From a virus (lineage: Duplodnaviria; Caudoviricetes), in IMG/VR virus record IMGVR_UViG_3300011008_000034, positions 1 to 64,000 of that record: 64,000 nt of DNA. One strand, given 5' to 3'. The notes beneath the pieces were generated by a model. That model ran no database searches. It was not told where the DNA came from and saw only the letters and a list, made by a program, of their open reading frames with translations. Position numbers and translations under genes: made by a program. Below, in pieces: positions 9,952-20,714 of the stretch. The first letter of the stretch is position 1. Each line of letters starts with the position of its first letter.

Positions 9952-10562
9952 TGTATTCTCCTTATTAAATTGTGAATAAAATCAAATTCATATACATTTT
10001 GTTTAAAAAATTTTTTCCAGTTTACTCCATCATTTTTTTCAATAATGATTTTATCACCAATTTTGTCACCAAATAGTATTGGTTTATTTTTTATTCCCAA
10101 TATATTTTCCATATTTCGAACATTATTCGATAAAACTTCTACATTTGAAAAATTTTTTTCTAATAATTCTTTATGTGAATTACATCCTTGTAATAATTGA
10201 TTGTCATATATGATAACTGGACAATCTCTATAAGGAGCATCTACACTAAAATTCAAGTCTGTTTTATACCAAACATCTTTTTTGCATTTATTTAAATCAT
10301 CAATTGTATAAATATCACATTGATTATGAACATGTTGTTCTCTAGCATATATATAGTACAAACTTTGCACCGTAAAATAAATGTATTTAAATGCATTATC
10401 TGGTAATTCATATTTTTTTAATATCGATTTTACATGTCGTAGTTTTAGTTTTGTACAATGCATTCCTCGATTATACATCTTCTCCAAAAGAAAATCGATA
10501 TCAAATTCGATATCGCTATTTTGATAAATGTATTGCCAATTTTGAAATGTCATATTTATCAC
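9948..10562 (-). CDS. hypothetical protein, paralog of the adjacent 10559..11374
   Basis: shared C-terminal domain F.VD.P.RD...SH.E...PI.FGD.IG. Confidence 0.75.
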   Translation of the reverse strand: MINMTFQNWQYIYQNSDIEFDIDFLLEKMYNRGMHCTKLKLRHVKSILKKYELPDNAFKYIYFTVQSLYYIYAREQHVHNQCDIYTIDDLNKCKKDVWYKTDLNFSVDAPYRDCPVIIYDNQLLQGCNSHKELLEKNFSNVEVLSNNVRNMENILGIKNKPILFGDKIGDKIIIEKNDGVNWKKFFKQNVYEFDFIHNLIRRIQ

Positions 10563-11374
10563 ACTTTCTTTGCTAATCTTTTTACTTTATTTTCTGTTTG
10601 ATGATATTGATAAACTTTTTTAAATTTCTTTTTTACGATATTAACTGCTTCGGATTCGGAAATATTTTGATAACTTTCTATAAATCCTAAATTCCCAATT
10701 CCATCTCCAAAAATAATAGGAGCATTTAGATCTGCATTTTCTACATTTTCTATATCTCTAAGATTAATAGATTTTGCACTATTATCACCAAAAATATGAT
10801 TAATAATTTCTGTATGAGAATTACAATTTAATTCATCACCCATATACCATTTTCCATTATAAACCACAAAACAATAATCTCTAACAGGAACATCAATTGT
10901 AAATTTTTTTCCTACATTATGTTCATCGCCAATTTCATCTTTAATAGTATTTAATTCATCACATTCTTCTATATCTACATCTTCATTTTGATTTTTTTCT
11001 GATATGATGAATCGATACCAATCCTGAATATACTCATAAATAAACTTGAAAAAATCTTTTTGTTTAATGTAATCTTTTAATTCATTTTCAGAATCAAAAT
11101 CAATTTTTTCTCTATTATTAATAAATTTAATAATTTCTTCGTAATCTGATTCGTTATACAAATCATTACACATATCTTGTTTGATTTCAGTGGAACGAAG
11201 ATTTTTCTTATATGCTCGTTCACATATATCGTCTATTAAATCTTCAAATTTATAACTTCCTTGAATAATATAAGCAAATAATCGTTCGTCAGGGTTTTCT
11301 CCTTTTTCCTTCCAAGTTTTAAACAATTCACTTAAATTTAGACTTGCTTTTTTTAATCGTTTCAAATTAATCAC
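10559..11374 (-). CDS. acidic hypothetical protein with KRLKKA leader
   Basis: ORF with GAGGTG RBS; promoter TTTACA(11435-11430)-17-TATAAT(11412-11407). Confidence 0.75.
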   Translation of the reverse strand: MINLKRLKKASLNLSELFKTWKEKGENPDERLFAYIIQGSYKFEDLIDDICERAYKKNLRSTEIKQDMCNDLYNESDYEEIIKFINNREKIDFDSENELKDYIKQKDFFKFIYEYIQDWYRFIISEKNQNEDVDIEECDELNTIKDEIGDEHNVGKKFTIDVPVRDYCFVVYNGKWYMGDELNCNSHTEIINHIFGDNSAKSINLRDIENVENADLNAPIIFGDGIGNLGFIESYQNISESEAVNIVKKKFKKVYQYHQTENKVKRLAKKV

Positions 11375-11469
11375 CTCTTATTTCAGAATAAAAGGTTCCT
11401 AAATTTATTATAACATAAATTACAACTATTGTAAATAGTTTATTTAAATAAAAAGGGAGGTGTGTAATT

Positions 11470-12120
11470 GTGATTATTGAACACGCTGAACGGCACATTA
11501 AGGATATTATCATTGCATTTCTAAGATTATATTTTCGAAATCCTAAAAATTATCGTCATAAATTACCTCGTCAGATTCCTGAAGACCGGTTTCAAGATGC
11601 TGTTTTTTATGATTGCGAACCTGAAAAACTAAGAAAATTCCCGACTGTAATTGTGACTACATTTGGTGGGACAATGGTCACTATGGGATTATCAGATTTT
11701 TGTCAGTCAATTCATGACCCTAGAGATGGACATACTATAGCTTGGAGATATCAGGGAGCTTATGAATTTACTACTCAGATAGATATTGGATGTAAAACGA
11801 CATTAGAAAGAGAAGTATTTGCAGATTTACTTTCAAAAGCCCTCAGATTCTCTCTAAGAAGGTTTATTCAAAATCAGGGAATAATTATTAAAAATGTTTC
11901 TTATGCAGGAGATTCATCAATTGAATATAATTCTGATAAGATTTATATAGCTTCTATAAAAATAGATACATGGTCATCGTGGATAGAAGATGTGGAAATG
12001 CTCGATCCAAACGAATTTTCTATCAAAGGTGTCATGTCTCTTACAAACGATTCAGAACCAGGAAAATCATTTACTCAGAGTAAAGACAATGATTATAAAA
12101 CAAATGGCGAAAATGAATAA
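11470..12120 (+). CDS. probable virion neck/tail-completion protein
   Basis: strong RBS; FP.VIV and beta-rich pattern reminiscent of tail terminator proteins (weak evidence). Confidence 0.45.
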   Translation: MIIEHAERHIKDIIIAFLRLYFRNPKNYRHKLPRQIPEDRFQDAVFYDCEPEKLRKFPTVIVTTFGGTMVTMGLSDFCQSIHDPRDGHTIAWRYQGAYEFTTQIDIGCKTTLEREVFADLLSKALRFSLRRFIQNQGIIIKNVSYAGDSSIEYNSDKIYIASIKIDTWSSWIEDVEMLDPNEFSIKGVMSLTNDSEPGKSFTQSKDNDYKTNGENE

Positions 12121-12123
12121 TAG

Positions 12124-12408
12124 GTGGTTTTTATGCTATCTTATATTTTTATCGTAATTTTACTTAGTATAATTTTATGTTTTACTATTACCAAAAATGA
12201 ATGTGATAAATATAGAAGAAAATTAAATGAAGCATATAAAACAATAAATCGATTAAGGGGTGATTTTATGTTACAAAAAGATGATGTAGTTACCGATGGA
12301 AATGCAAAATTTAAAGTAGTAAAAAACGCTACTAGTGATGACATCGATAAATTACAAGAACAAATTGATAGATTAATAGAAGAAATCGAACGACTAAAAG
12401 CAGAGTAA
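12124..12408 (+). CDS. membrane-anchored coiled-coil protein
   Basis: N-terminal TM helix. Confidence 0.6.
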   Translation: MVFMLSYIFIVILLSIILCFTITKNECDKYRRKLNEAYKTINRLRGDFMLQKDDVVTDGNAKFKVVKNATSDDIDKLQEQIDRLIEEIERLKAE

Positions 12409-12425
12409 AAATTTTACTCTGCTTT
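12397..12425. terminator. palindromic bidirectional terminator
   Basis: AAAGCAGAGTAAAA-A-TTTTACTCTGCTTT between convergent genes. Confidence 0.7.
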
Positions 12426-12430
12426 CTTAA

Positions 12431-12571
12431 TTACTTCTTCTTCTTTTTTGCTTCGTCAATCTTATCTTGTTCCTCAAGAATTTTGGTACGTTTATAATCA
12501 ACACAAGACTTATTCTGACAACGACCTTTTTCGTCTAACTTCTTTTTGCAAAATACACAACGTTGTACCAT
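12431..12571 (-). CDS. 46-aa Cys-rich protein (CxxC...C....C), missing from the ORF track
   Basis: manual translation MVQRCVFCKKKLDEKGRCQNKSCVDYKRTK...; GGAGG RBS in the end of the upstream gene. Confidence 0.7.
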   Translation of the reverse strand: MVQRCVFCKKKLDEKGRCQNKSCVDYKRTKILEEQDKIDEAKKKKK

Positions 12572-12572
12572 A

Positions 12573-13034
12573 TCATTCAGCCTCCAATTCTTCTAATTTC
12601 CACTGATATTCATCTAACAGAGCCTGCTTTTCCTGTTTTAATTCTTCAATTAATTCAATATCTCCTTCAGCCTGAGCAAGAACAATTTCATTATCAAGCT
12701 CTTTAATTTTCCCCTGATATTCGGAAGCCAAACTAGATGCTTTCTGAGCTTTTGTAATTACAATTGGAGGAGCAGAAACTGGCTTTTTGGTTGTATTATC
12801 ACGAACGTAACCCGTGCCATTATCGCCAGCACCCATATTTCCTACATAATAATTCCAGTCTTCTGAAGTAATCTTCTCATAACCTTCAGCAATTTTAGCC
12901 TGAACATCTGCATTTGTCATTGTGGCATCAATAGGAATACTAGCAGTACGCTTAGAATAATTAGTATCTTCAACCGGTTCAAATTTACTTAAATAAAATT
13001 TAGGTTCAAACATGTTTTTATTACCTCTTTTCAA
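12573..13034 (-). CDS. putative tail-fibre assembly/chaperone-like protein
   Basis: context and composition (GYEKIT.EDW.YY, C-terminal coiled coil); likely start 13013. Confidence 0.5.
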   Translation of the reverse strand: MKRGNKNMFEPKFYLSKFEPVEDTNYSKRTASIPIDATMTNADVQAKIAEGYEKITSEDWNYYVGNMGAGDNGTGYVRDNTTKKPVSAPPIVITKAQKASSLASEYQGKIKELDNEIVLAQAEGDIELIEELKQEKQALLDEYQWKLEELEAE

Positions 13035-13075
13035 ATATTTTTTTTACTAATACAATATACATTAAAGATGTTCAC

Positions 13076-13357
13076 TTAATTTTCTTGACTTCTGTCAATA
13101 ACATCTGTATAATTAATAACCAATCCAGTATCTTCTTGATAGACTAATTCTTTATTTTCAGTAACCATAGTAATTAATGGTCCAAATAGACTGCAAAATT
13201 TTTCAATAAATTCGCTGCCATCATTAGTCATATTTTTAATTACTAATTTCGTAGCAATATTTTCATCATTTATTGATTCTGATTGGTCTATTTCTATCTG
13301 AAATGTCTTATTCATTTCTTTTAAGACATCATTTAGCTTATTTTCTAATTCTTCCAA
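13076..13357 (-). CDS. hypothetical protein
   Basis: ORF coupled to the large structural gene. Confidence 0.6.
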   Translation of the reverse strand: MEELENKLNDVLKEMNKTFQIEIDQSESINDENIATKLVIKNMTNDGSEFIEKFCSLFGPLITMVTENKELVYQEDTGLVINYTDVIDRSQEN

Positions 13358-13359
13358 AA

Positions 13360-16300
13360 TTATTCCTCCCAGTTTAATTTTGTACGTGTTGTTATATCAA
13401 AATCAATAACATCATCATTAATATAAATCTTTAAAATTAAATCTTCTAATTCTATTTTAGTAATTTCAACTAATTTTGGATTATTTGCAATCTTAGTAAT
13501 ATCACTAACTAAATCATTAATCTGCAGACAAATCTTAGGATAATTGAAAACATCTCCATCTGTCCAGACAGTAAATGAATATTCTCCATCAGTCAAAGTA
13601 TTAACATTACTAATCCATGTATCATCTATATAATTGTTTTTATCTTTAATATCTTGATAATTGACTTTATTTGTTTGGAATTCACCATTTTTAAATGATA
13701 TAGCATATACATACTGGTCATCGTAATAAAAATCTGGTGTATCAATAATATCAGAATTATATAAATAATCTGTGAATGTATCTTTTATTGCACTATATTT
13801 AGATGTACAAAACTTATTGTCATTATACATTGCACAAATTAATTCTTGCTTAGGAATCATTTGCATCTTATCTGCAATAAAATACTGCATCTGCAGGTCT
13901 CCATCTAATTTAAAAATATACATATAATTTTCATTTAAAGGACATGTAATACGTGGGGTATCTAAATTATCACTTTCTATATAAATGTTTTTATTAGAAA
14001 AACTTACATTTTCTACTGGAATAACATCAATCTGATAATTACGTCCTTTATATAATTCTGATTCCATTTGGTTATAATTAATCTGTTCAATTAAATAACA
14101 ATTATTAACGCCAGTCAGAATAATATATAATCCATTAAATCCTCTATCACTAGGATTTTTTAAAGTCATATCCATAACACCATATTTTCCAGAAGTCAAT
14201 GTATTAAATGTTATTGTATCAGAAATAGTACCGTAAATAACATCACTATAACTTCCAAAATTTTCTTGATATAAGATATGTTTAGTTCCTTCATTATCAC
14301 ATTTTATAATTGGATAACAAAATTCATTTGCTAAAACATTTTCTTTTAATACAAGAGGATTATCTAAATCATTTGATGTTATGTAATACAACATTTTATC
14401 TGCACAGATTAAAATATAGAATTGTTCGTTATCACAAGTAATATAATTATATGTGCGTCTTCCTGGAATATTAAAATCTTTCAAGACAATTTGTTCATCA
14501 TCAGAAACCTTATAGAGAACACCTTTGTCCATGATGTAATAGAATCCATTCAAAACACAAAAAGAACGTTCTCCAGGCATTCTGGTGCCTTTAAGAGGAT
14601 TAAAATTAGTAGAATTTGTAATACTAGTAACTTTATTACTAACGCCATAACATTTTCCATAATTACATGTAAGATAAAAGTAATACTGAGTATTTTGATA
14701 TAAATTTTCTATTGTGAAATTTTGAACAGTAGTAATAGGAATAGTTGTATAATTAACATCATCTATGGAATAATTTAACAACAAATACTGAGATACATTA
14801 TCTTCCGTAATCCTGTCTAAATCACCAAAATGTAACGTTATATCATGAGCATTCGTATTTGTAACTTCTAATGTACTAATATTATCGCCAAGTGTTTGAA
14901 TATTTACTACATTAGAAATATTTCCCCGTTTACTGTTTAATGGTTCTACAGTAACTTCATAAGGAAGGCCTTTATCTAAATGAATATAGAAAGAAATTGT
15001 TCGTCCTACTACTTGACCATTTATAACAATGTCTTCACTAGAATAATCTAATTCAGATAATAGATATGTTATTGTATTTTCTGGTTCGGTAACTGTAATA
15101 TTCACATCACTAAAATCATCAGATATAGTAAATGATAATTTTGCAGTTAATCCGGTTAATGATTCTAATTTTAAATCATCAATTGGTTTTTTTAATGTCC
15201 TTATTTTTATGACATTAGAATATTTTCCTGCATATCGTTTTGGATAACAAATCCTAATATAATAATCTTGATCATAATCTAAATTGGTTATAGCAGACGA
15301 ATTATTAGTAATTGAATATAATTTTTGATTCCATGATGTTCCATGATCTGTAGAATATTCAAATATCTTTGTTTCATTTTCAATCATATCACACCAATGA
15401 ATAGTAATATAATTATATCCAATCCCAGTACAAACAACATTATTAATAAAATTAACAACATTTGTATACATTTCATTATCATTATAGATATATTTTATAC
15501 GATAATAATATGATACGTTTGGAGAAGTAGAAATAGTACATTGCGTAGAAATTGGAGATATAATCTGGTCTGGAATGGATTTAAACCATGAAATTCCGTC
15601 TAGACTTTCTTGAACTTCTAATTCTGTAGCATTAGGAATTATCCATGTAAGAATAATCTTATCATCATAATCAATATTCAGCGGTGCTACTTCGTTAGAA
15701 ATTCCTTCGCCTAATCCTCCAATAACATTTAAACGAAATCTTGTTATATATGTATAATCAAACGTACATTCTTCTGATATATTAGAAATTTCTAAATTTG
15801 TATCAGACCATGTTTCTATAGTATAAAAAATACTTTGTTTGACCATATCATCTTCTAATTCCCAAGTCAATTCAAATTCATTAGTGTCTATATATGTAGA
15901 TGGTAAGATAATTTTGTTATATACATCTCCAGTACTAGTTACCCATCTCAACTGAAATTTATAAATTCCTGAAGTTAAATTAACTACTTTCGTCCAATTT
16001 TCATCTACTTCTAAATCTTTTATTAAAGTAGCTTCTTTATAATTATCTAAATCCAACTGCTCTAATTTTATAATTTCAGCATTTCTTGGTTTTGACCATT
16101 TAAATGAAATTTGTGAACTATTTATATCAGTAATTTGAAAATCAGTTACTGGTGTAATTTTTTCATTAATACTTGTATCTATTCTGACAAAATAAATTTC
16201 GCCTAATTGTTCTGCAAGACAAAAAATGTTTTTATTATAACACCAACCAGAAATCATACTATGATTATTCATGGTCAAATCATCAATCTGTTTCCATTCT

Positions 16301-17295
16301 AAGCTATTATATGCTTTCATCATATAATAAATGGACATATCAGTATAAGTATCTGTGGCTAAAGCTTGACCCAAGCCTACAGGAACATAATTGTAAAGAA
16401 TATATAAATTATCATTTTCATCAACAATAATACAAGGATATTTATTATTTTTTGATGTTTCATTCAATGTAATAATATCACCCTGAATATTATTAATGAT
16501 ATTTGTATATTCTATAAAACAAGTATCATAATTATCTTTTGTTACTAACCAAGAAACATTTATTCCTGAAGAACTATCTTGAACAAAACTCGGATGATAA
16601 TAACTATAATAATCATTGTTTGATAATTGTGATGAATTTATATACGTTAAATTAATAATATCAAATTCACTATATTGAATTGTTCCCTTTTTGTATTGAT
16701 TTAATTGTTCAAATACAAATGCAATATTCCCATTATATAGCTCAATTAATTTTGCACCATGCTGTTCAAATGTTTGAGAATCTGAAATAGCATTATTATA
16801 AACAATTTCATTAGTATCAATATTATAAATTGCAAAATAAACGCCGTATAATCCCGTGGTTTTCATTTTATCATATGTAATATAGATACGGGTTCTTTCA
16901 CGATTTACTTTAACATCTGTGATACGCGCATCAAATACATATCCATCAAATAAATCCTGCCAATCATCGTCCCAAGCATATACATCGTCTTGATAAATAG
17001 CATATTTTATCATTCTGATAGTATCAACATTATATTCATTTCTTCCATGAGCAAATACATATTTAGCATCACCAATTGCTATCATTTTAGCATCATCAAG
17101 ATGATAAATATCAGGTGGTAAATAGGAATCCAATATCCATGTTTCACCATTATCATATGATAAATATAAATCTATCCACTGTAAATCTTCACTATAACAA
17201 GTTACTAATACATGAAGAACTCCATCTTGTTCATATAAGTATGGATTTGTTCCTAGATTAGTAATTAAATTTTTATAAACAAGTTGATTCATCAA
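13360..17295 (-). CDS. large virion protein with beta-propeller-like (Asp-box) and fibronectin-III-like repeats
   Basis: SYDNGETW, SLDGISW, STDHGTSW Asp-boxes; repeated FN3-like W...NL....Y...SN segments. Confidence 0.7.
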   Translation of the reverse strand: MMNQLVYKNLITNLGTNPYLYEQDGVLHVLVTCYSEDLQWIDLYLSYDNGETWILDSYLPPDIYHLDDAKMIAIGDAKYVFAHGRNEYNVDTIRMIKYAIYQDDVYAWDDDWQDLFDGYVFDARITDVKVNRERTRIYITYDKMKTTGLYGVYFAIYNIDTNEIVYNNAISDSQTFEQHGAKLIELYNGNIAFVFEQLNQYKKGTIQYSEFDIINLTYINSSQLSNNDYYSYYHPSFVQDSSSGINVSWLVTKDNYDTCFIEYTNIINNIQGDIITLNETSKNNKYPCIIVDENDNLYILYNYVPVGLGQALATDTYTDMSIYYMMKAYNSLEWKQIDDLTMNNHSMISGWCYNKNIFCLAEQLGEIYFVRIDTSINEKITPVTDFQITDINSSQISFKWSKPRNAEIIKLEQLDLDNYKEATLIKDLEVDENWTKVVNLTSGIYKFQLRWVTSTGDVYNKIILPSTYIDTNEFELTWELEDDMVKQSIFYTIETWSDTNLEISNISEECTFDYTYITRFRLNVIGGLGEGISNEVAPLNIDYDDKIILTWIIPNATELEVQESLDGISWFKSIPDQIISPISTQCTISTSPNVSYYYRIKYIYNDNEMYTNVVNFINNVVCTGIGYNYITIHWCDMIENETKIFEYSTDHGTSWNQKLYSITNNSSAITNLDYDQDYYIRICYPKRYAGKYSNVIKIRTLKKPIDDLKLESLTGLTAKLSFTISDDFSDVNITVTEPENTITYLLSELDYSSEDIVINGQVVGRTISFYIHLDKGLPYEVTVEPLNSKRGNISNVVNIQTLGDNISTLEVTNTNAHDITLHFGDLDRITEDNVSQYLLLNYSIDDVNYTTIPITTVQNFTIENLYQNTQYYFYLTCNYGKCYGVSNKVTSITNSTNFNPLKGTRMPGERSFCVLNGFYYIMDKGVLYKVSDDEQIVLKDFNIPGRRTYNYITCDNEQFYILICADKMLYYITSNDLDNPLVLKENVLANEFCYPIIKCDNEGTKHILYQENFGSYSDVIYGTISDTITFNTLTSGKYGVMDMTLKNPSDRGFNGLYIILTGVNNCYLIEQINYNQMESELYKGRNYQIDVIPVENVSFSNKNIYIESDNLDTPRITCPLNENYMYIFKLDGDLQMQYFIADKMQMIPKQELICAMYNDNKFCTSKYSAIKDTFTDYLYNSDIIDTPDFYYDDQYVYAISFKNGEFQTNKVNYQDIKDKNNYIDDTWISNVNTLTDGEYSFTVWTDGDVFNYPKICLQINDLVSDITKIANNPKLVEITKIELEDLILKIYINDDVIDFDITTRTKLNWEE

Positions 17296-17296
17296 A

Positions 17297-17773
17297 TCAA
17301 TCCCTTATGTACTTATATATTGTATAATTTAAATCATTTGAGGTTCCCTGTTTAATAACCTCTTTTTTATAATTTAATTCATCTAAGTTGGGAAAAAATT
17401 TATTTCCGTCTTTAATAGCATCTACTTTAGTAACATAAATTTCATCACAACATTTATAAAACTGTTTATAGATGCTTTCTCCGCCTATTAAAAAAATATT
17501 ATTAGAAGGAATAATTGATAAAACTTGTTCAATATTTTGAATGGAAATTGCATTTTGATATGTTTTATCTGATTTAGTTAAAACAAAATTAAGCCGAAAG
17601 GGAAGTGCTCCTTTTGGAAGAGATTCAAATGTTTTTCTTCCCATAATAATTCCATATCCCCAAGTCGTTTCTTTAAAAAATTTCATATCATCTTTTAAAT
17701 GAAACAATAAATTATCATCTTTACCAATACACCAATTTTTATCTACACATACAATTGCTTTCATAATTTTCAT
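17297..17773 (-). CDS. folA: dihydrofolate reductase
   Basis: IG..N.L, D..FF...T, IMGRKTFESLP, LP.R.N.VL, IGGESIY. Confidence 0.95.
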   Translation of the reverse strand: MKIMKAIVCVDKNWCIGKDDNLLFHLKDDMKFFKETTWGYGIIMGRKTFESLPKGALPFRLNFVLTKSDKTYQNAISIQNIEQVLSIIPSNNIFLIGGESIYKQFYKCCDEIYVTKVDAIKDGNKFFPNLDELNYKKEVIKQGTSNDLNYTIYKYIRD

Positions 17774-17808
17774 CCTTTCGTATAAAAAATAGCAGCATAA
17801 CTGCTATT

Positions 17809-18258
17809 TTAACTGATTCTTAAATTTGCATTAGACGGAAGAAGATGCACATAGTAAACATTATTATTATCACGTTGAAATTCATGCGTCTCAATGAAAT
17901 CTCCCCACCCATTATAGTAATTAAGCTTTACGTAATTTAAAACTTTATTCTTTGTTTCGTTAGAAAAACGTTTATTACATATGATGTTTAAATTAGATTT
18001 TTCCGTTCCCAAAACGAAATTTACATTAGTAACTATTTCATCTTTCTGACACATTCCTTGAATATCATTTTTAAAAGCATCTTTTACTTTCTCAAATTCT
18101 GATTCAACAAATTCAATCATTTTCATGAAAAGATCATCATCTAATTCTTCTGGGGATATTACTTTTTCATCACTTGAATTTAAACTATAAACAGCGACTT
18201 TATAATTTCCAACAATACTAAAGTTATAAATTGTGTCTGCTTTTTTTAATCTTTTCAA
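17809..18258 (-). CDS. hypothetical protein with MKRLKKA leader, paralog of 18269..18772
   Basis: shared FSI.GN, CNK.FS.ETK, Y..GWG...E.H.F. Confidence 0.75.
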   Translation of the reverse strand: MKRLKKADTIYNFSIVGNYKVAVYSLNSSDEKVISPEELDDDLFMKMIEFVESEFEKVKDAFKNDIQGMCQKDEIVTNVNFVLGTEKSNLNIICNKRFSNETKNKVLNYVKLNYYNGWGDFIETHEFQRDNNNVYYVHLLPSNANLRIS

Positions 18259-18268
18259 TCATATCACC

Positions 18269-18772
18269 TTAACCAATATGTAAATCTACATTATCTGGAG
18301 AAAGTTGAACACATAATTCTTCAGTCGCTCCATAATAATCTTCACTTTCTCCAGAACTAAATGGATGTTGTTCTAAACCTTCTCCCCATCCATCACTGTA
18401 TTGTCCACTAATAACATCCATAATGGCTTCTTTTGTTTCTTGAGAAAATGGTTTATTACAATAAACATGCATATAACTATGTTTATCATCACAATCAAAT
18501 TGAAGGTCTACTACTACTTCACCTTCCTGACATTTTTCTTGGCACTGCTCTTTAATGATTTCTTTCGTTTCATCATCAAAATCATTAATAGCATATTCTG
18601 CACCTTCTTCGTTTACGCCAAGATAACTAATTTCTTCATCAACAAATTCATATTCGCCATCATCATTTTGCGAATCGCCTGTAACCCAGCCATATGTTCC
18701 TACATTTCCAATTATAGAAAAACTATCATTCCATTCCGCAGCTTTCTTTAAACGTTTTGCAATTACATTCAT
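18269..18772 (-). CDS. acidic hypothetical protein with KRLKKA leader
   Basis: GQYSDGWGEGLEQ motif; paralog of the neighbouring gene. Confidence 0.75.
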   Translation of the reverse strand: MNVIAKRLKKAAEWNDSFSIIGNVGTYGWVTGDSQNDDGEYEFVDEEISYLGVNEEGAEYAINDFDDETKEIIKEQCQEKCQEGEVVVDLQFDCDDKHSYMHVYCNKPFSQETKEAIMDVISGQYSDGWGEGLEQHPFSSGESEDYYGATEELCVQLSPDNVDLHIG

Positions 18773-18786
18773 ATTTTTAACCTCAC

Positions 18787-19734
18787 TTATATTGCAACTT
18801 CAATTTTTATTTGATTACCTTTTTGATAATTAATTAATTTAAAATCTTCTACAATATAATCATAAAAATTATCATGATGATTTATAACCAATTCTGGTAC
18901 ATCATATTCTGGTCTTTCCAATAATTCTTTTACTTGTGGAATATGCCGGTCATAAATATGTGCATCTACGATAACATGAACTAATTCACCTGGTTCTAAT
19001 CCTGATACATGTGCAAACATATATACTAAACAACTATACTGAAAAACATTCCAAGCATTAGCAGTTAAAATATCTTGGCTACGCTGATTTAAAATAGCAT
19101 TTAATTTATTTCCTTGTACATTAAATGTCATAGAATAAGCACAAGGATAAAGTGCCATTTCATACAATTCATCAAAATTATACATAGATGTCAAAATTCT
19201 TCTGCTATTGGGATTTACTCTCAAGTCATAAATAACTTTATTAACTTGGTCCATTTCCCAATAATTATTATCTTTTCTATGATAAGCTACATAATTTCCA
19301 TTTATATATGCATAATCATGGTCTCCAATTCCCCTATCTAAAGGAATATTTCCAAAAGCTTGATTCAATCCTTCTTTAGTGACATCTTTATAGACATTTA
19401 ATTTACTTAACTGATAACCATATGCTTTTCCTATTGTTCCATTTTCCATTTCCCAAGCATCCCAGATATGTGACTTTAAATCTGCTATTTTATTAGATTT
19501 TTTTTGCCATATCCAAAGAAGTTCTTGAATACATGACTTTATTGGTACTGGACGCAAAGTCATAATTGGAGGTTCTTTAGATAAATCATAGCGATTTACT
19601 ACACATGATTTTTTAATTGTATGTGCCGGTGTTCCATCACTCCAATGAGCTCGTGTATCATCACTCTCATTATAATAACCATTTTCTAATATATCTTTAC
19701 ACATTGACTTAAAAATCTTATCAAACTGAGACAT
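18787..19734 (-). CDS. thyA: thymidylate synthase
   Basis: ELLW, IWD.W, YGYQ, SRR, MALYPC, QRSQD..ANAWN (dUMP-specifying Asn), HIYDRH. Confidence 0.95.
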   Translation of the reverse strand: MSQFDKIFKSMCKDILENGYYNESDDTRAHWSDGTPAHTIKKSCVVNRYDLSKEPPIMTLRPVPIKSCIQELLWIWQKKSNKIADLKSHIWDAWEMENGTIGKAYGYQLSKLNVYKDVTKEGLNQAFGNIPLDRGIGDHDYAYINGNYVAYHRKDNNYWEMDQVNKVIYDLRVNPNSRRILTSMYNFDELYEMALYPCAYSMTFNVQGNKLNAILNQRSQDILTANAWNVFQYSCLVYMFAHVSGLEPGELVHVIVDAHIYDRHIPQVKELLERPEYDVPELVINHHDNFYDYIVEDFKLINYQKGNQIKIEVAI

Positions 19735-19847
19735 TTTCTATCACCTCTAATTTTATTTTAAAAAATGGAGAAAAAATAAAACTTATTTTTTTAATAAATG
19801 CAAAATAAAAGAGAAGATAGAATGAATCTATCTTCCCTTTTAATCTA

Positions 19848-20618
19848 TTAATTAAAATCGTCCCAACTCGTATCGCTCATCTTGTTTTCACTGCCTGTAA
19901 AATTATTTTGAGGCATTGCCGGAGCGAGATTGGAAGTCATAGAAGCTTGATTTTTCCACTTACTATTACGACCATGATAAACCAATTTTTTATCTTTTGG
20001 GTCCTCATAACTCTTCATAGAAAGTTCTTCAAACGTAGGAGGCTTTCTTAAAAGAGTTTCAGGTTCCGGAAATTCCTCAATTGCTTTTAATTCAATAGCA
20101 GAAAGTGGAGCATTTTTCGTACTGGGATAAACGGTATATTTTGTATTAATACCTTTACCAGTTTTTTCAATAATAAAGTCTTGGTCAATAACAGAATTGC
20201 CATCGCTTACTACTGAAAAAATCGTATCAGATACGCCAACAGGAATTGCTACAAACTTTACAGCTACATCCTCAACAGAATCAAAATCTCCTTCAGGATG
20301 TTTTGTTTTATTAATACCTACGAAACGATATTTAAATCCTGCTTTTAAACCGGCTTGACAAATCGGGCAGGAACGTTTTCCTGGACAAGGAACAAAATGA
20401 TTCTGGTCATCATCAAAATCTCTTACATAATGCTGACGTTCAGGATAACCAGCGGAAACAAAACGCCAACGACTTTTTCCATCAGGAAGACCACAAAATA
20501 CACTGGGACCATTATTGGTCTTTTGACTTTGAAATAACTTCTGAAATTCATCATTTACTTTTGAAATATCCATGCTATTCTTCTCCTTTGCTATATTGCT
20601 AATAAATTTGCTTTTCAT
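19848..20618 (-). CDS. single-stranded DNA-binding protein (gp32-like)
   Basis: H...CPG...CPIC zinc site, D..I.KTGKG..TKY.V.P, acidic aromatic tail WDDFN. Confidence 0.7.
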   Translation of the reverse strand: MKSKFISNIAKEKNSMDISKVNDEFQKLFQSQKTNNGPSVFCGLPDGKSRWRFVSAGYPERQHYVRDFDDDQNHFVPCPGKRSCPICQAGLKAGFKYRFVGINKTKHPEGDFDSVEDVAVKFVAIPVGVSDTIFSVVSDGNSVIDQDFIIEKTGKGINTKYTVYPSTKNAPLSAIELKAIEEFPEPETLLRKPPTFEELSMKSYEDPKDKKLVYHGRNSKWKNQASMTSNLAPAMPQNNFTGSENKMSDTSWDDFN

Positions 20619-20714
20619 TGCTTTTTTGCTAAAATTTTATGTTTTCATTTACTTTTTTCCTTTCTTTTATAAAAAAAGTTACCTCTATTAAATAATAGAA
20701 GTAACTTTCGCTTT

